From: Octopus vulgaris
Lineage: Eukaryota
Direction of reading: 5' to 3'
Length of the DNA: 64,000 nucleotides
NCBI GenBank assembly: GCA_951406725.2
Contig: OX597820.1
Span: 21,638,001 to 21,702,000 of the forward strand
Shown here: piece by piece, positions 51,946 through 64,000 of the stretch
Numbering within the stretch: position 1 is the first letter of the stretch
Layout of the letters: every line of letters begins with the position of its first letter
Notes under the pieces: generated by a model
The model's database searches: none
Seen by the model: the letters and a program-made list of their open reading frames with translations, nothing else
Told to the model about the DNA's origin: nothing
Program-made: the position numbers and the translations under genes

Positions 51946-51990
<45 letters not shown>

Positions 51991-52277
51991 GCGTAGGCAT
52001 ATATGTATGAACAAAAATATGTGTATATATGCTTCTGTGTACGATTAAGTGTGTGTGTATATACGTGAGGATATCTGTCAGCCTTTGTATATGTTTATAA
52101 CAGTTTGGTGTTTTTCTGTGGTTATACACCCACTCACGCACATAAATATTATCTATTTCTTTATTTGTTTATTTATTTATATACACATATATGTGTATCA
52201 ATTTAGCTCTATATAACTATTTGGGTTTTGATTCATTTCCCTGTTGCGTGCATTTGTGGTTATGATGTATATATGTA

Positions 52278-52318
<41 letters not shown>

Positions 52319-52795
52319 CTCTCTCTCTATATATATATATGTATGTATATAAACATAATGTACATACATATCTGGGGTGCAGTTATACTGGAGCAACTTT
52401 TTTTTTCTATATGTTTGTTATAAATATATATTTAAAGTGAAGATAGACAGAATGTCTGTGTATGTGCCAATATGAAATATGAACGTGTGTATGTGTGAGT
52501 GAATATTTTCGCATATGTGCATGTATACACACACACACACATACACACACACGCAAGTACTCATGTGTGCATACTTTGTATGCAAGCATACGTATCCTAA
52601 GCACTCTAGCACACTACCCCTAAGCACACATAGGGGTATGTATATATGTATGTATATATGTATGTATGTACATAGTACAGGTAATATACATATATGTTCA
52701 TGTATGTCTACATATGTTTGCGCAATAATAACCCGCAAATTCACGGGCGCACATTATATATATATAGACACAAACACACAGACTCACACACACAC

Positions 52796-52834
<39 letters not shown>

Positions 52835-52941
52835 GGATTTCTGCACCTGCCTAGGGTGCCCAAGCCGTCGGACCGAATACGAAAGTATGTAGTTGCCAAA
52901 CGAGCTTTCTAAGCTAAATACCCATGCATGCCCTTTCGATA

Positions 52942-52993
<52 letters not shown>

Positions 52994-53050
52994 TACATAC
53001 ATACATACATACATACACACGCATACGCACACATACATACATTGTAATAT

Positions 53051-53115
<65 letters not shown>

Positions 53116-53165
53116 CGGATAGATAGACGGATAGATAGACGGATTGATGGATGGATTGATGGATG

Positions 53166-53243
<78 letters not shown>

Positions 53244-53301
53244 CGGATGGACGGATGGATGGAGGGATGGATGGTTGGATGGATAGCTGGATGGATGGAT
53301 G

Positions 53302-53376
<75 letters not shown>

Positions 53377-53876
53377 CCGTGCTTTTACACGTCTTTTAAT
53401 TTGATTTATTCCCCGAGGTCGTTGTCAACTACACCACACCACGATAGCCGTAGTATGAAGTGACATATTGACATTAAAATTACAAAACGACAATTTGATT
53501 AAAGAATGTAAAATATATAATTAAAAAAAAATATTCGTCAAAGATTTTGCCGGGAGAAAAATTTAAACAAAATAGATGAGTGGGGGAGGTGAAGAAAAAA
53601 ATGATAAATATAAAAAAAAAAACTGTATCTAAGAGAGAAAGGTTGAGTCTGAACCATTACAGAAACCTAAAATAGCTGCATTTGGTGGTATGCTAAAAAT
53701 CCAAGTGAAAGCTTAAGAAACCCAATCCCTGCTTGTAGTTAGCCATATATGTAACTAGTATCAGAGACAGAACTCTCGGTTAAAACTCAGCGCTATTCGA
53801 CGCTGAACACTGAGAGCCAGTCGTGGTGCACTTCCTTATACAGTAGACCGCACAATGTGCGAAGAGAGGTAGAGAC

Positions 53877-53907
<31 letters not shown>

Positions 53908-54421
53908 CTTATACAGCGACAGAGAGATAAGTACGGTGATAAGGGGAAACAGACAGATAGACAGGAAGAGAACGAATGAGGGAGGGGAGGAGGTAAGATA
54001 GAGAAACAGAAAGAGAAACATCGGAAGATAATGAAGAGAGAGGAATACAAACATATATATATATATATATATATAACAGTCAGATAGACAGGAAGAAAAG
54101 AGAGGAGAGAGAGAGAGAGAGAGAAAAGAAGGAAAAGGTAGACAGGAAGAAAAATAGAGTATGAGAGTGGGAGAATGTGAGATAAAGTCCCTGGAAGGTC
54201 ACATGGAAGAGATAAATAAGCAGATAAGAAAAAGCGAAGATAAATGAGAGGGAAGAACGGTGGAAGAGAGAGAAGAGAAAACGGTGTTCGCGGCGTCAGC
54301 CGACAGAGAGAAAATGTGAATTTGTTTAATATCTATCGCTTTATATGTTTATTGCTGTGACTTCCCCCTACGATCTACAAACTGGTGCACACATTCGGAT
54401 AGATAGATAGATAGATGGATG

Positions 54422-54499
<78 letters not shown>

Positions 54500-55120
54500 C
54501 AGAGAGAGAGAGAGAGATAAATAGATAGATAGATACGTAGGTAGGTAGATAGATATATAGAAAGAGAGATAGATAGATAGATAAATGGATGGATAGGCAG
54601 AGATAGAGAGAGAGAGGGGGGATAGGGAGATAGAGAGGGAGAGAAGGAGAGAGAGAGATGGATAAATGGATGGATACATAAACAGATAGAGAGAGAGAGA
54701 TGGATAAATAGATAGATAAATAAATAGATAGATAGACAGACAGAGAGGGGGGAGAGGGAGAGAGACGGTGAGAGAGAGATATGGATAAATGGATGGATAG
54801 ATAGAGATAGAGAGATTAAAAAAAGAATGGATACATAAACAGATAGAGAGAGAGAGAGAGAGATGGATAAATAGATAGATACATAGATGGATAAATGGAT
54901 GGATAGGCAGAGATAGAGAGAGATGAATAAATGGATGGATAAATAGATAGATAGATGGATGGTTAGATAGAAATACTGCAACTGTGCATATACTTTATGT
55001 GTATATATATATTATATATACTCACATACGTATATATATATTATATACACTCACACGTATATATATCATATATACTCACGTATACATAAGTATAGTGTAT
55101 ATGTGTGCGTGTAAATATAT

Positions 55121-55458
55121 TGAGACCCCCTTCGGTCATGACTGACCATGGGAATGCACCTAGAAAGTTACCCTCCCAGGCACAAGTCCGGGCAAGGTTG
55201 TTTATGGAAGGCTAGCAGTCGCTCATACATACCAGCCTCCCCTCTCCACATCACTGATGTTATCTAAGGGAAAGGCAAAGGTCGATACAGCTTGGCACCT
55301 GTGACGTCGCAACTCATTTCTACAGCTGAGTGAACTGGAGCAATGTGAAAATAAAGTGTCTTGCTCAAGAACACAACTCGCAGCCCGGTCCGGATTTCGA
55401 ACTCACAACTTCACGATCGTAAGCTCGACGCTCTAACCACTGAGCTATGCGCCTTCAC
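55121..55458 (-). mobile_element. Group A SINE
   Basis: TSD TGTAAATATAT (55110-55120, 55459-55469); paralog of 2446. Confidence 0.9.
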
Positions 55459-55968
55459 TGTAAATATATATATATATACATGCATATAGTGTATGTGTGT
55501 CTGTCTGCTGTCTGTCTGTATGTATGTATGTATGTATGAATGTATGCATGTATTTATGTATGTATGTAGGTAGGTATGTATGTGTGTATGTATGGACCTA
55601 AATGGTTGTCAGTTATGGCCGGTTGGAGAGTGACCATTCCTATACCGCTAGAAATCTTATAGGTGCGAAAGCACCAATCATAACCAACGATACTTTAAGT
55701 ATTACTGCTCTAACATTTAGAGTGTGCTTCTTATCGGATACATCATGCTTGTTGGTTGTATTACAGGTGTGTTAAATATAATTGATCGAAGTAAAGAACC
55801 CAGTTTTGTTGAATCGAATGGAATAATATTTATTCGCTGCAAAGTAATGTGTGAGTTGCTACTCATGAGTTCCTCAGTCTCAATCCTTTGGTGATTAAGG
55901 ACAGGAGTCAAAGAACTCTGGGTACCGAGTCACTCAGACTCGACTTTTGAACTAATGTTATGTATGCG

Positions 55969-56004
<36 letters not shown>

Positions 56005-56727
56005 GAAGACGAAAGGAGTACTTAGTCTTACAAGAAGAGTATTATTTATTGGTCGACAGTCAGATTTCAAAGGTGGTTTTGTTAACAATCTCACATTGCA
56101 GTTACACGGTTTCGGTTTCAGTCCCACTGCGCGGCCCCAGGTTGATTAACGTCTTGTGAGGAATTAGTGAACTTGATGATAGACTGAAACTATGTTGAAA
56201 CCCGTCGTATGTGTGTGTGTATGTGTGTGCATACATGTATGTATGCATGTATGTATATGTGTGTGTGTCTTTGTGTTTATATATATATTTATATATGGAT
56301 ATATATGTGTGTGTGTCTTTGTTCGTCTCATACCACCGCTTAACAACTGGTGTTGGTTTGTTTACGTCCCCGTCAACGAGCCGTTCGACAAAAGAGAACC
56401 GAAAGATATGTACCAGATTAAAAAAAAAAGCAATCTCTCAGGTCAAGTTGTTCGACTAAACCCTCCCCAGCATGGCCGCAGTCCAATGACTGAAACAAGT
56501 ACAAGATAAGAGATGTGTGTTGGTTGGGAACCTGTACGCAACATCATATGCGTGTATGTGGCGGGTGTATGTGTGTCACAACTGGAAATGACTGGTTCGT
56601 TGAGAATAAGGAGGAGTCTTGCTCACCTTAGGTTTCTGCTGATGATAGCTTAGAGAGTCAGCAGTCAGCGCTCTGTTTACTTATTATATTCCGAAGTGAG
56701 ATTATTTTAAACAACGCTGTTCCCTTT

Positions 56728-56811
<84 letters not shown>

Positions 56812-56953
56812 CATAACACACACACCACATACACAAATGTATGATGTATACAGGCATGCATATACATATGCATATATATGCGTATACATATATATGCATT
56901 TATATGCATGTGTATGTATATGCATATATATATATATATACATACATACACGC

Positions 56954-57164
<211 letters not shown>

Positions 57165-57536
57165 TGAGTATTTGTGCGTGTATACATATGTATGTGTGTG
57201 TGTGTAGAGTAGAGAGAGAGAGAGAGAGAAAGAGGCAGACAGACAAAGACAGAGAAGGAGAGGAGACAGAAGGAGAGGAGGAGAGACAGATGCATACATG
57301 CACACATGCACGCGTACATACATTTGGTGGAATCGTCCATTTACTGCAACGTATAACAACGAAAACTATTTCCGTTCCGCATTCGTTTTTCTATTTCTAC
57401 AGATATTTCTTTCAAACTTTTACTGCCACACTCTTCAACCTAGTACAATGTCCTTTTTATGCTTCATTAATTCATGCGAAATGTTATCACCATGAAAGTT
57501 TGTAAGATTCTCTTCCCTTTTTCATTTTGTTTCTAA

Positions 57537-57569
<33 letters not shown>

Positions 57570-57589
<20 letters not shown>

Positions 57590-58358
57590 CTGAAGTTGTC
57601 TGTGTATGGCAGGTTTGGTAGCCTTCAACTAACACTATCTCCTCCGAGACCCTGCGGCACAAGTTAACCAAAATTGAGAGTATGATAGAAGAAGGCTTGC
57701 TCTTCATTCCGTAGAAGAAAAAAATTCAAATCGGACCATGTTAACACCAAAAATTATTTACATCAAAAAGATGCTTTTCTTCTATGAAAATCCCTATTTT
57801 TTACGATTTTTTGACTGCTGTGTCGCCATTTTTCGGTGTATTTCAATCAGAAAAATGTTCACTTAAAGAGAATAACCAGCTACATAATGCAAAATTTTTG
57901 TGGAAGCGCAATGGCCCAGTGGTTAGGGCAGCGGACTCGCGGTCATAGGATTGCGGCTTCGATTCCCAGACCGGGCGTTGTGAGTGTTTATTGAACGAAA
58001 ACACCTAAAAGCTCCACGTGCTCCGGCAGGGGATGGTGGTGATCCCTGCTGTACTCTTTCACCACAACCTACTCTTACTTCTTGTTTCTGTTGTACCTGT
58101 ATTTCAAGGGGCCGGCCTTGTCACTCTCTGTGTCACGCTGAATATCCCCGAGAACTACGTTAAGGGTGCACGTGTCTGTGGAGTGCTCAGCCACTTACAC
58201 GTTAATTTCAGGAGCAGGCTGTTCCGTTGATTCGGATCAACCGGAACCCTCATCGACGTAACCGACGGAGTGCTTCCCAATGCAAAAATTTTACTTTTCG
58301 AAAATTCCAATTCTAAAGGGTCGAAATAAACCCGAGCAACGCCGGGTGATACCGCTAG
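57570..58358 (+). mobile_element. Helitron family D interrupted by a group A SINE
   Basis: 5' end merged into (TA)n; hairpin at 58331-58346; CTAG|T at 58355-58359. Confidence 0.85.
57900..58278 (+). mobile_element. Group A SINE nested in the Helitron
   Basis: TSD AATGCAAAA(T/A)TTTT at 57886-57899 and 58279-58292. Confidence 0.9.
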
Positions 58359-58786
58359 TGTTAGATAAACAAAACTCCATTTTAACCTTATTTCTAAACG
58401 ATATGCGTTTATTTTCGGCAGCTTTGTTGCTTGCTTTGAAGTGCATTGTCTAAACATCTGTCGGACATATATTGCTATGACTCTATATTGTAATCAGTGG
58501 TACGAAACGACTTTCGAGTAAGGACGCATTCCATGAGAGCAATGTGTTTCTTACCGTCGGTTTTGTTTTAAAATATCATCAGTGTAAAAGTATATATCTC
58601 TGACGTTAAGAGGCTCGCTTTGCGGTCACGCAGTTTCGGGTTCAGTTCCGTTGCGCAGTACCTTATCAAGAACCTCCTGCTGTAGGCCTGGGTCGCTTAA
58701 TACCTTGCGAATGAATTTGGTAAACGAAAACTACATGAACGCCATCGTGTGTGTGTGTGTATGTGTGTGCCAGTCGAAGTGTACAG

Positions 58787-58830
<44 letters not shown>

Positions 58831-58843
58831 ATATATATATATT

Positions 58844-58876
<33 letters not shown>

Positions 58877-58891
58877 ATATCCTTTACGGCA

Positions 58892-58975
58892 GATCTTATC
58901 AATCGGTTTCGCACTAGGTGTTAAACCAGATACTCGATAGCATCTCGCTTGCATAAGCCTGCGCTCATTAGAGTC
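58892..58975 (-). ncRNA. Decayed hammerhead-like motif inside the microsatellite of a C SINE
   Basis: Minus strand GACT CTAATGA GCGC..GTGC GAAAC cgattg ATA AGATC. Confidence 0.4.
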
Positions 58976-60207
58976 GACAGTTATGGAAGAAAATATGGCG
59001 ATTACTCTCTGTTATTAGTGGTGAAAAAATACATCCGGTGTATATATATAGAGAGAGATCTGTGTGTGTGTGTGTTTGTGTATTTGTGTATTTGTGTGTG
59101 TGCGTTTGTGTTTGTCCTCCCACCATCACTTGACAACCGATGTTGGCTTGTTTATGTCCCCGTAACGTAACGGTTCAGCAAGATAGACCAATAGAATAAG
59201 TACTAGACTTACAAAAGATAAGTCCTGGGGTCGAATTTTTCGACAAACACCTTATAAGGCGGTGCTCCAGCATGACCGCAGTCAAATGACTGAAACCAGT
59301 AAAAGAATAAAAGAATGAAAGAGAATGTGTAAGTCGGTATCATTGAGTGTTACTAACGTAGTACTGCAGTCCCCCATCGCGATCTTGAACGAAACAAATC
59401 GCGTTTTGTTGGACTCACCTTTCTAATAGAAATAGGAAACTCTCACAGATACGCGCGCGCACACACATCGTGCGCAAACGCACGCATAATCACACACGCG
59501 CGCGCACACACACACACAAACGTTATCAGGTGTCTTTTATTCTGTTTGACGGTCTGTTGCGATTCAGGAATGAGTGAGTTCGTCATTGGAGTGGCAAGAA
59601 AAAGAGGAAAGGGAGAGACAGTGAGAGAGAGAGAGAGGTAATTTAACCATAAAATGAATGAAAGTGGGAGAAGGCTGCATATGCTTGGGAGTGAAAATGA
59701 TGATGGGAGAGAGAGAGAGAGAGTAAGTTCACGATGAGTGCACAGCAAGGCAGAGTTTATAGTTCAAATCAAAAATTTGATCAAGAAAATAGAAAGGCGA
59801 AATGGATTGATTAGAGAAAAGAGAGTAGGGAAGAGAAAAGAGAAATGCGTAATGACAAGATATGAGAATTTAAAGATAGAACGGCATAGCGTGAGTGGTG
59901 GGGAAGGAAGAAGTAGATTGTACCGAGTATGGAAACATGGCAGACTTATAAAGAGAAAGACAGATAGATGAAGATATAAGAGAGAGACAGAGAGAGAGAA
60001 CGAGAGAGAGAGTAAAAAACAACGAAGAGCCCGAGATCATTTAAAGAATTGTAGGGAAAGAGAAAGAGTGGGAGCATGGAAGCAGATACATCATCACCAT
60101 ATGCTGTACTCTTGTGAAAGCCCTTAAGACCGCCTTCTTTCATTGTAATAAAGGAGGAGTCTTCTTTGAGTAGTCCCGTACGCCCTTCTTACAGCGTAGT
60201 CTGATCT

Positions 60208-60243
<36 letters not shown>

Positions 60244-60600
60244 AGGAAACATGGAGTACACCATAGAATTTGATGGATGAATTATTCTGTTGACTCTGAG
60301 GGGTGAAAAGCAAAGTGGACCTCGGTCCGATTTGAACTTAGAACGCAATGAGGTAGCACAAATACCTCAAGACGTCTTGTCCGACGCTTTAACAATTTTA
60401 CAGACTGACTTATGATGGTAAGAAAAGCAAATGGATAAACGGGAAAACGAGGCTAAAGTATAACAGAGATGTGAGGAGAGTGAAATAGCTTATAAAGGAG
60501 TGATAGGAAAACAGAGTATGCGACTATAAAGGAGAGAAAAAGAAACAAATTTGCGATGACAACAGTATAAGTGCAGTAGTGGCTGTGTGGTAAGTAGCTA

Positions 60601-61020
60601 TAGGCGCAGCAGTGGCTGTGTGGTAAGTAGCTTGCTTACCAACCACATTGTTCCGGGTTCAGTCCCACTGCGTGGCACCTTGGGCAAGTGTCTTCTATTA
60701 TAGCCTCGGGCCAACCAAAGCTTTGGGAGTGAACTTGGTAGACGGAAACTGAAAGAAGCCCGTCGTATATATGTATATGTATATGTGTGTGTGTGTGTGT
60801 GTGTGTTTGTGTGTCTGTGTTTGTCCCCCCAACATCGCTTGACAACCGATGATGGTGTGTTTACGTCCCCGTAAATTAGCGGTTCCGCAAAAAGCGACCA
60901 ATAGAATAAGTACTAGGCTTACAAAGAATAAGTCCTGGGTTCGATTTTCTCGACTTAAGGCGGTGCTCCAGCATGGGTGCATTCAAATGACTGAAACAAG
61001 TAAAAGAGTAAAAGAGAGAA
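60601..61020 (+). mobile_element. Group C SINE
   Basis: Full length, preceded by a short duplicate of its own head (60573-60599). Confidence 0.9.
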
Positions 61021-61543
61021 AAAGAATAAATAGAAGAGAGAGAAAACGAGAGAGTAAGAATGTTTATTGACAGATGACAAAGGTAGATAAAGTAATATTC
61101 TTAACCCTTCAACATCTCTATGACATTTCTGCAAAATTCATGCTTGCATGGTTGACTCTGTACTTAGATGAACCCCGTCATTTTTTACCGTTGCTACCTG
61201 TCTTATACTTCATACATATATGTGTGTATCTACATATATATGAATGTGTGATGTATCTTATATATATATTTGGATATGTTTGCATTTATGTGATATCTCG
61301 TATATATTTGCTTATATGTTAGTGCGTGTGCACATCAGTTGTGTGTGTGTGTGTATGTGTGTGTGAGAGTGAGTGTGTGCGCGCACGTTTATTTGTGGAT
61401 GAATTTACGTGCAAATGAAATGTGAAGTATGAATTAGTCTGGGATTTTGTCATATAAAAATTTCAAATTGTAAAAGTGCTCTGTGTCCTTTTGCAAGTCG
61501 CGTAAAATTAGCATTATCTTCGGATTTCTTTGTTGCTTACATT

Positions 61544-61893
<350 letters not shown>

Positions 61894-62530
61894 TAATACA
61901 CACACTGCTCATCTGTAAAGTCACATCTGTAAACATCAAGAATTTCAAATGATAATTAAATATTTGTTGTGGAATGACATTTTGATAAACCTTCAAGATA
62001 AGCTAGAAAATCTAAATAAACAAATACAACAAAATTTAAGCATTGGTTAAGCGTGACTCATTTTCGCAACATGTACACAAAAAAAAAAAAACTGTATGGT
62101 TTCTATCCTTCCATTTCGGTAACGCTTCAGTTTTAACACTTCAGTTTCTGACCTAGCAACCAAACCCCATCTCTTGTTTTTTTTGGGTATTTTTTTCTCT
62201 TTCCATGGCTGATATCATTGCAGACGGAACAGCTGTCAGTTGATAAGCGACATACGCCAACATCTAGTGGTACATTTACGAGGTATATTTGTACTTGTTA
62301 TAGTTATAACAATCATCATATGATCATTTTATTTTTCTTGTGTATTCATGATATAAAAGACGCATGAAGATGCATACTTTAAGAGATGAGGGGCTGGAAA
62401 TAATACTTTTTATTCTGTTACTCTTTTACATGTTTCAGTCATTTGACTGCGGCCATGCTGCAGCATCGCCTTTAGTCGAGCAAATCGACCCCAGGACTTA
62501 TTCTTTGTAAGCCTAGTACTTATTCTATCT

Positions 62531-63459
62531 AAACTTTGAAGACAATTCAGGAAAATCAATGAGGTCAATTGCAAAACAATTCGTGTGTCAGAAAAAATAA
62601 TCAGAAATGTTGTGCATGAAGACATCGGATACAAATCTTACGTGATGAGGAGAGGTCAATTCATGGCAGAAAAAAAAAACGAACGGAAACCGTTTAGTCA
62701 AATCCAAAAGACTTTTGAACAAACTTAAAAATCCATCGGGAGATGGTGTGATTTGGTTTTTCTCAGATGAGAAAAACTTTGACCAGGACTAAAAACTAAC
62801 AGAAGAAATGACAGATGTTCCAAGAGTAATGCACACAAAATTCCCTGGAAGTGTTATGGTTTTGGTTGTTGTTAGCAATGAAGGACATGTGATGCCTCCT
62901 CACTTTTTTTCCACAAAGCCTTAGGGTTAATGCTGCTGCGTATATTGAGGTTCTGAGTAAAGTTGTTAAGCCTTGGATCAACAATGGAAGGCCTCATGTC
63001 TTTCAACAAGATTCTGCACCATCACAAGGCTCATATGACACAAGAATGGATGGCCGACAACATTTGGCCTCCTAATTCTACAGATCTCAATCCACTGGAC
63101 TACTATGTATGGAGCATCGTTGAGAAAAATGTCAATGAACACCTCCATAGCACCAAAGATTCTTTGAAAGCCACCATAGTTCGAGTCATGTCCGATATGA
63201 ACAAGGACCACTTAATCTGAGCTTGTAAACGATTTCGACCCCGCGTAGAGGTAGTTATTGATGCTTATGGTAGTTCTATTGGATGAAATTATTAAATTGA
63301 TAATTTAGCTTTATGTTTATGTTCTTTTTATAAAACTACAGTTTTTTTCTGTTATCATAATTAAAAGCGTTATTATAATTAAAAGCGTTATTTTCTGTTA
63401 CTATAATAAAAAGCGTTTTTTAAACCATAAACCTGTCCTCAAATATCGTTCTCACCCTG
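62531..63459 (+). pseudogene. Decayed Tc1/mariner transposon, maT/DD37D-like, 5'-truncated
   Basis: WFFSDEKNF, TKFPGSVMV, FQQDSAP and WPPNSTDLNPLDYYVWS motifs, with stops, frameshifts and a deletion between D2 and D3. The right end ..CTCACCCTG|TA is at 63459-63461; a C-SINE fragment (62412-62530) sits at the left break. Confidence 0.88.
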
Positions 63460-63877
63460 TACATATCGATAGATATTTATAATACACTATACTTACTGAA
63501 AAATATAAACAAATTGTTTCTATATACAATATCTTCGTTGATATAAAAAGAGAGACTGTACACCACACACATCCTCACACGCAGTACGTACACACGCATA
63601 CAAACACATATACACGCACATACACACATGTATGTTTTATGCATATACGCATGTATGTATGCATATAGTTGGTGTTAATCTTGTGTTGGAATTTCATAGG
63701 TACTGAGTACTGTCATTAACTGTTCATAGAGATACTGCTTATAAATCCACTAATACTAAAGGCTAAACTAAACTGAATCGACCAATTTGCCTATATAACG
63801 CATTGCTGGCGAGAGAAAACACCCCTTTCACTCTTCCCTCGAAAAAACATTAACACACCTGTTATATATTAATCGAG

Positions 63878-64000
63878 TGGAGGCGCGTGGCTTAGTGGTT
63901 AGGGTGTCTGCATCATGATCGTAAGATTGTGGTTTCGATTCCTGGACCAGGCGACGCGTTGTGTTCTTGAGCAAAACACTTCATTTCACGTTGCTCCTGT
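63878..64000 (+). mobile_element. Group A SINE head, cut by the window edge
   Basis: Same head as 12425. Confidence 0.85.

Noticed and set aside
55845-55885. Minus-strand CTGAGGA-ACTC-at-GAGT
   Set aside because: Followed by GCAAC, with no stem I or stem III partner.
56636-56665. CTGATGA inside a CTGCTGA..TCAGCAG hairpin
   Set aside because: No GAAA/NUH half, so it is not a hammerhead.

Overview
This is eukaryotic, AT-rich, microsatellite-saturated DNA in which I cannot support any host protein-coding exon. Nearly all listed ORFs are translations of (TA)n/(CA)n/(TATG)n/(GATA)n tracts or of SINEs. The repeat make-up strongly resembles an octopus (coleoid cephalopod) intron or intergenic region; this is inference from repeat families. 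The window holds at least three abundant tRNA-derived SINE groups (called A, B and C here) and several non-autonomous Helitrons. It also holds a mariner MITE, a hAT MITE, a decayed maT/DD37D-like Tc1-mariner transposase, and LINE remnants (RTE, R4/Dong-like RLE, Tx1/L1-like). Three Penelope-like (PLE) GIY-YIG remnants are present. The most notable signal is about a dozen type I hammerhead-ribozyme (HHR) motifs, intact or slightly decayed. Most sit in short elements next to microsatellites, several of them with tail-out inverted ends. One family joins a tRNA-like Pol III head, an (AAT)n spacer, an HHR and PLE-style inverted termini, which makes it a candidate Penelope-mobilised ribozyme SINE. 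All folds and alignments were done by eye, and repeat boundaries are approximate.
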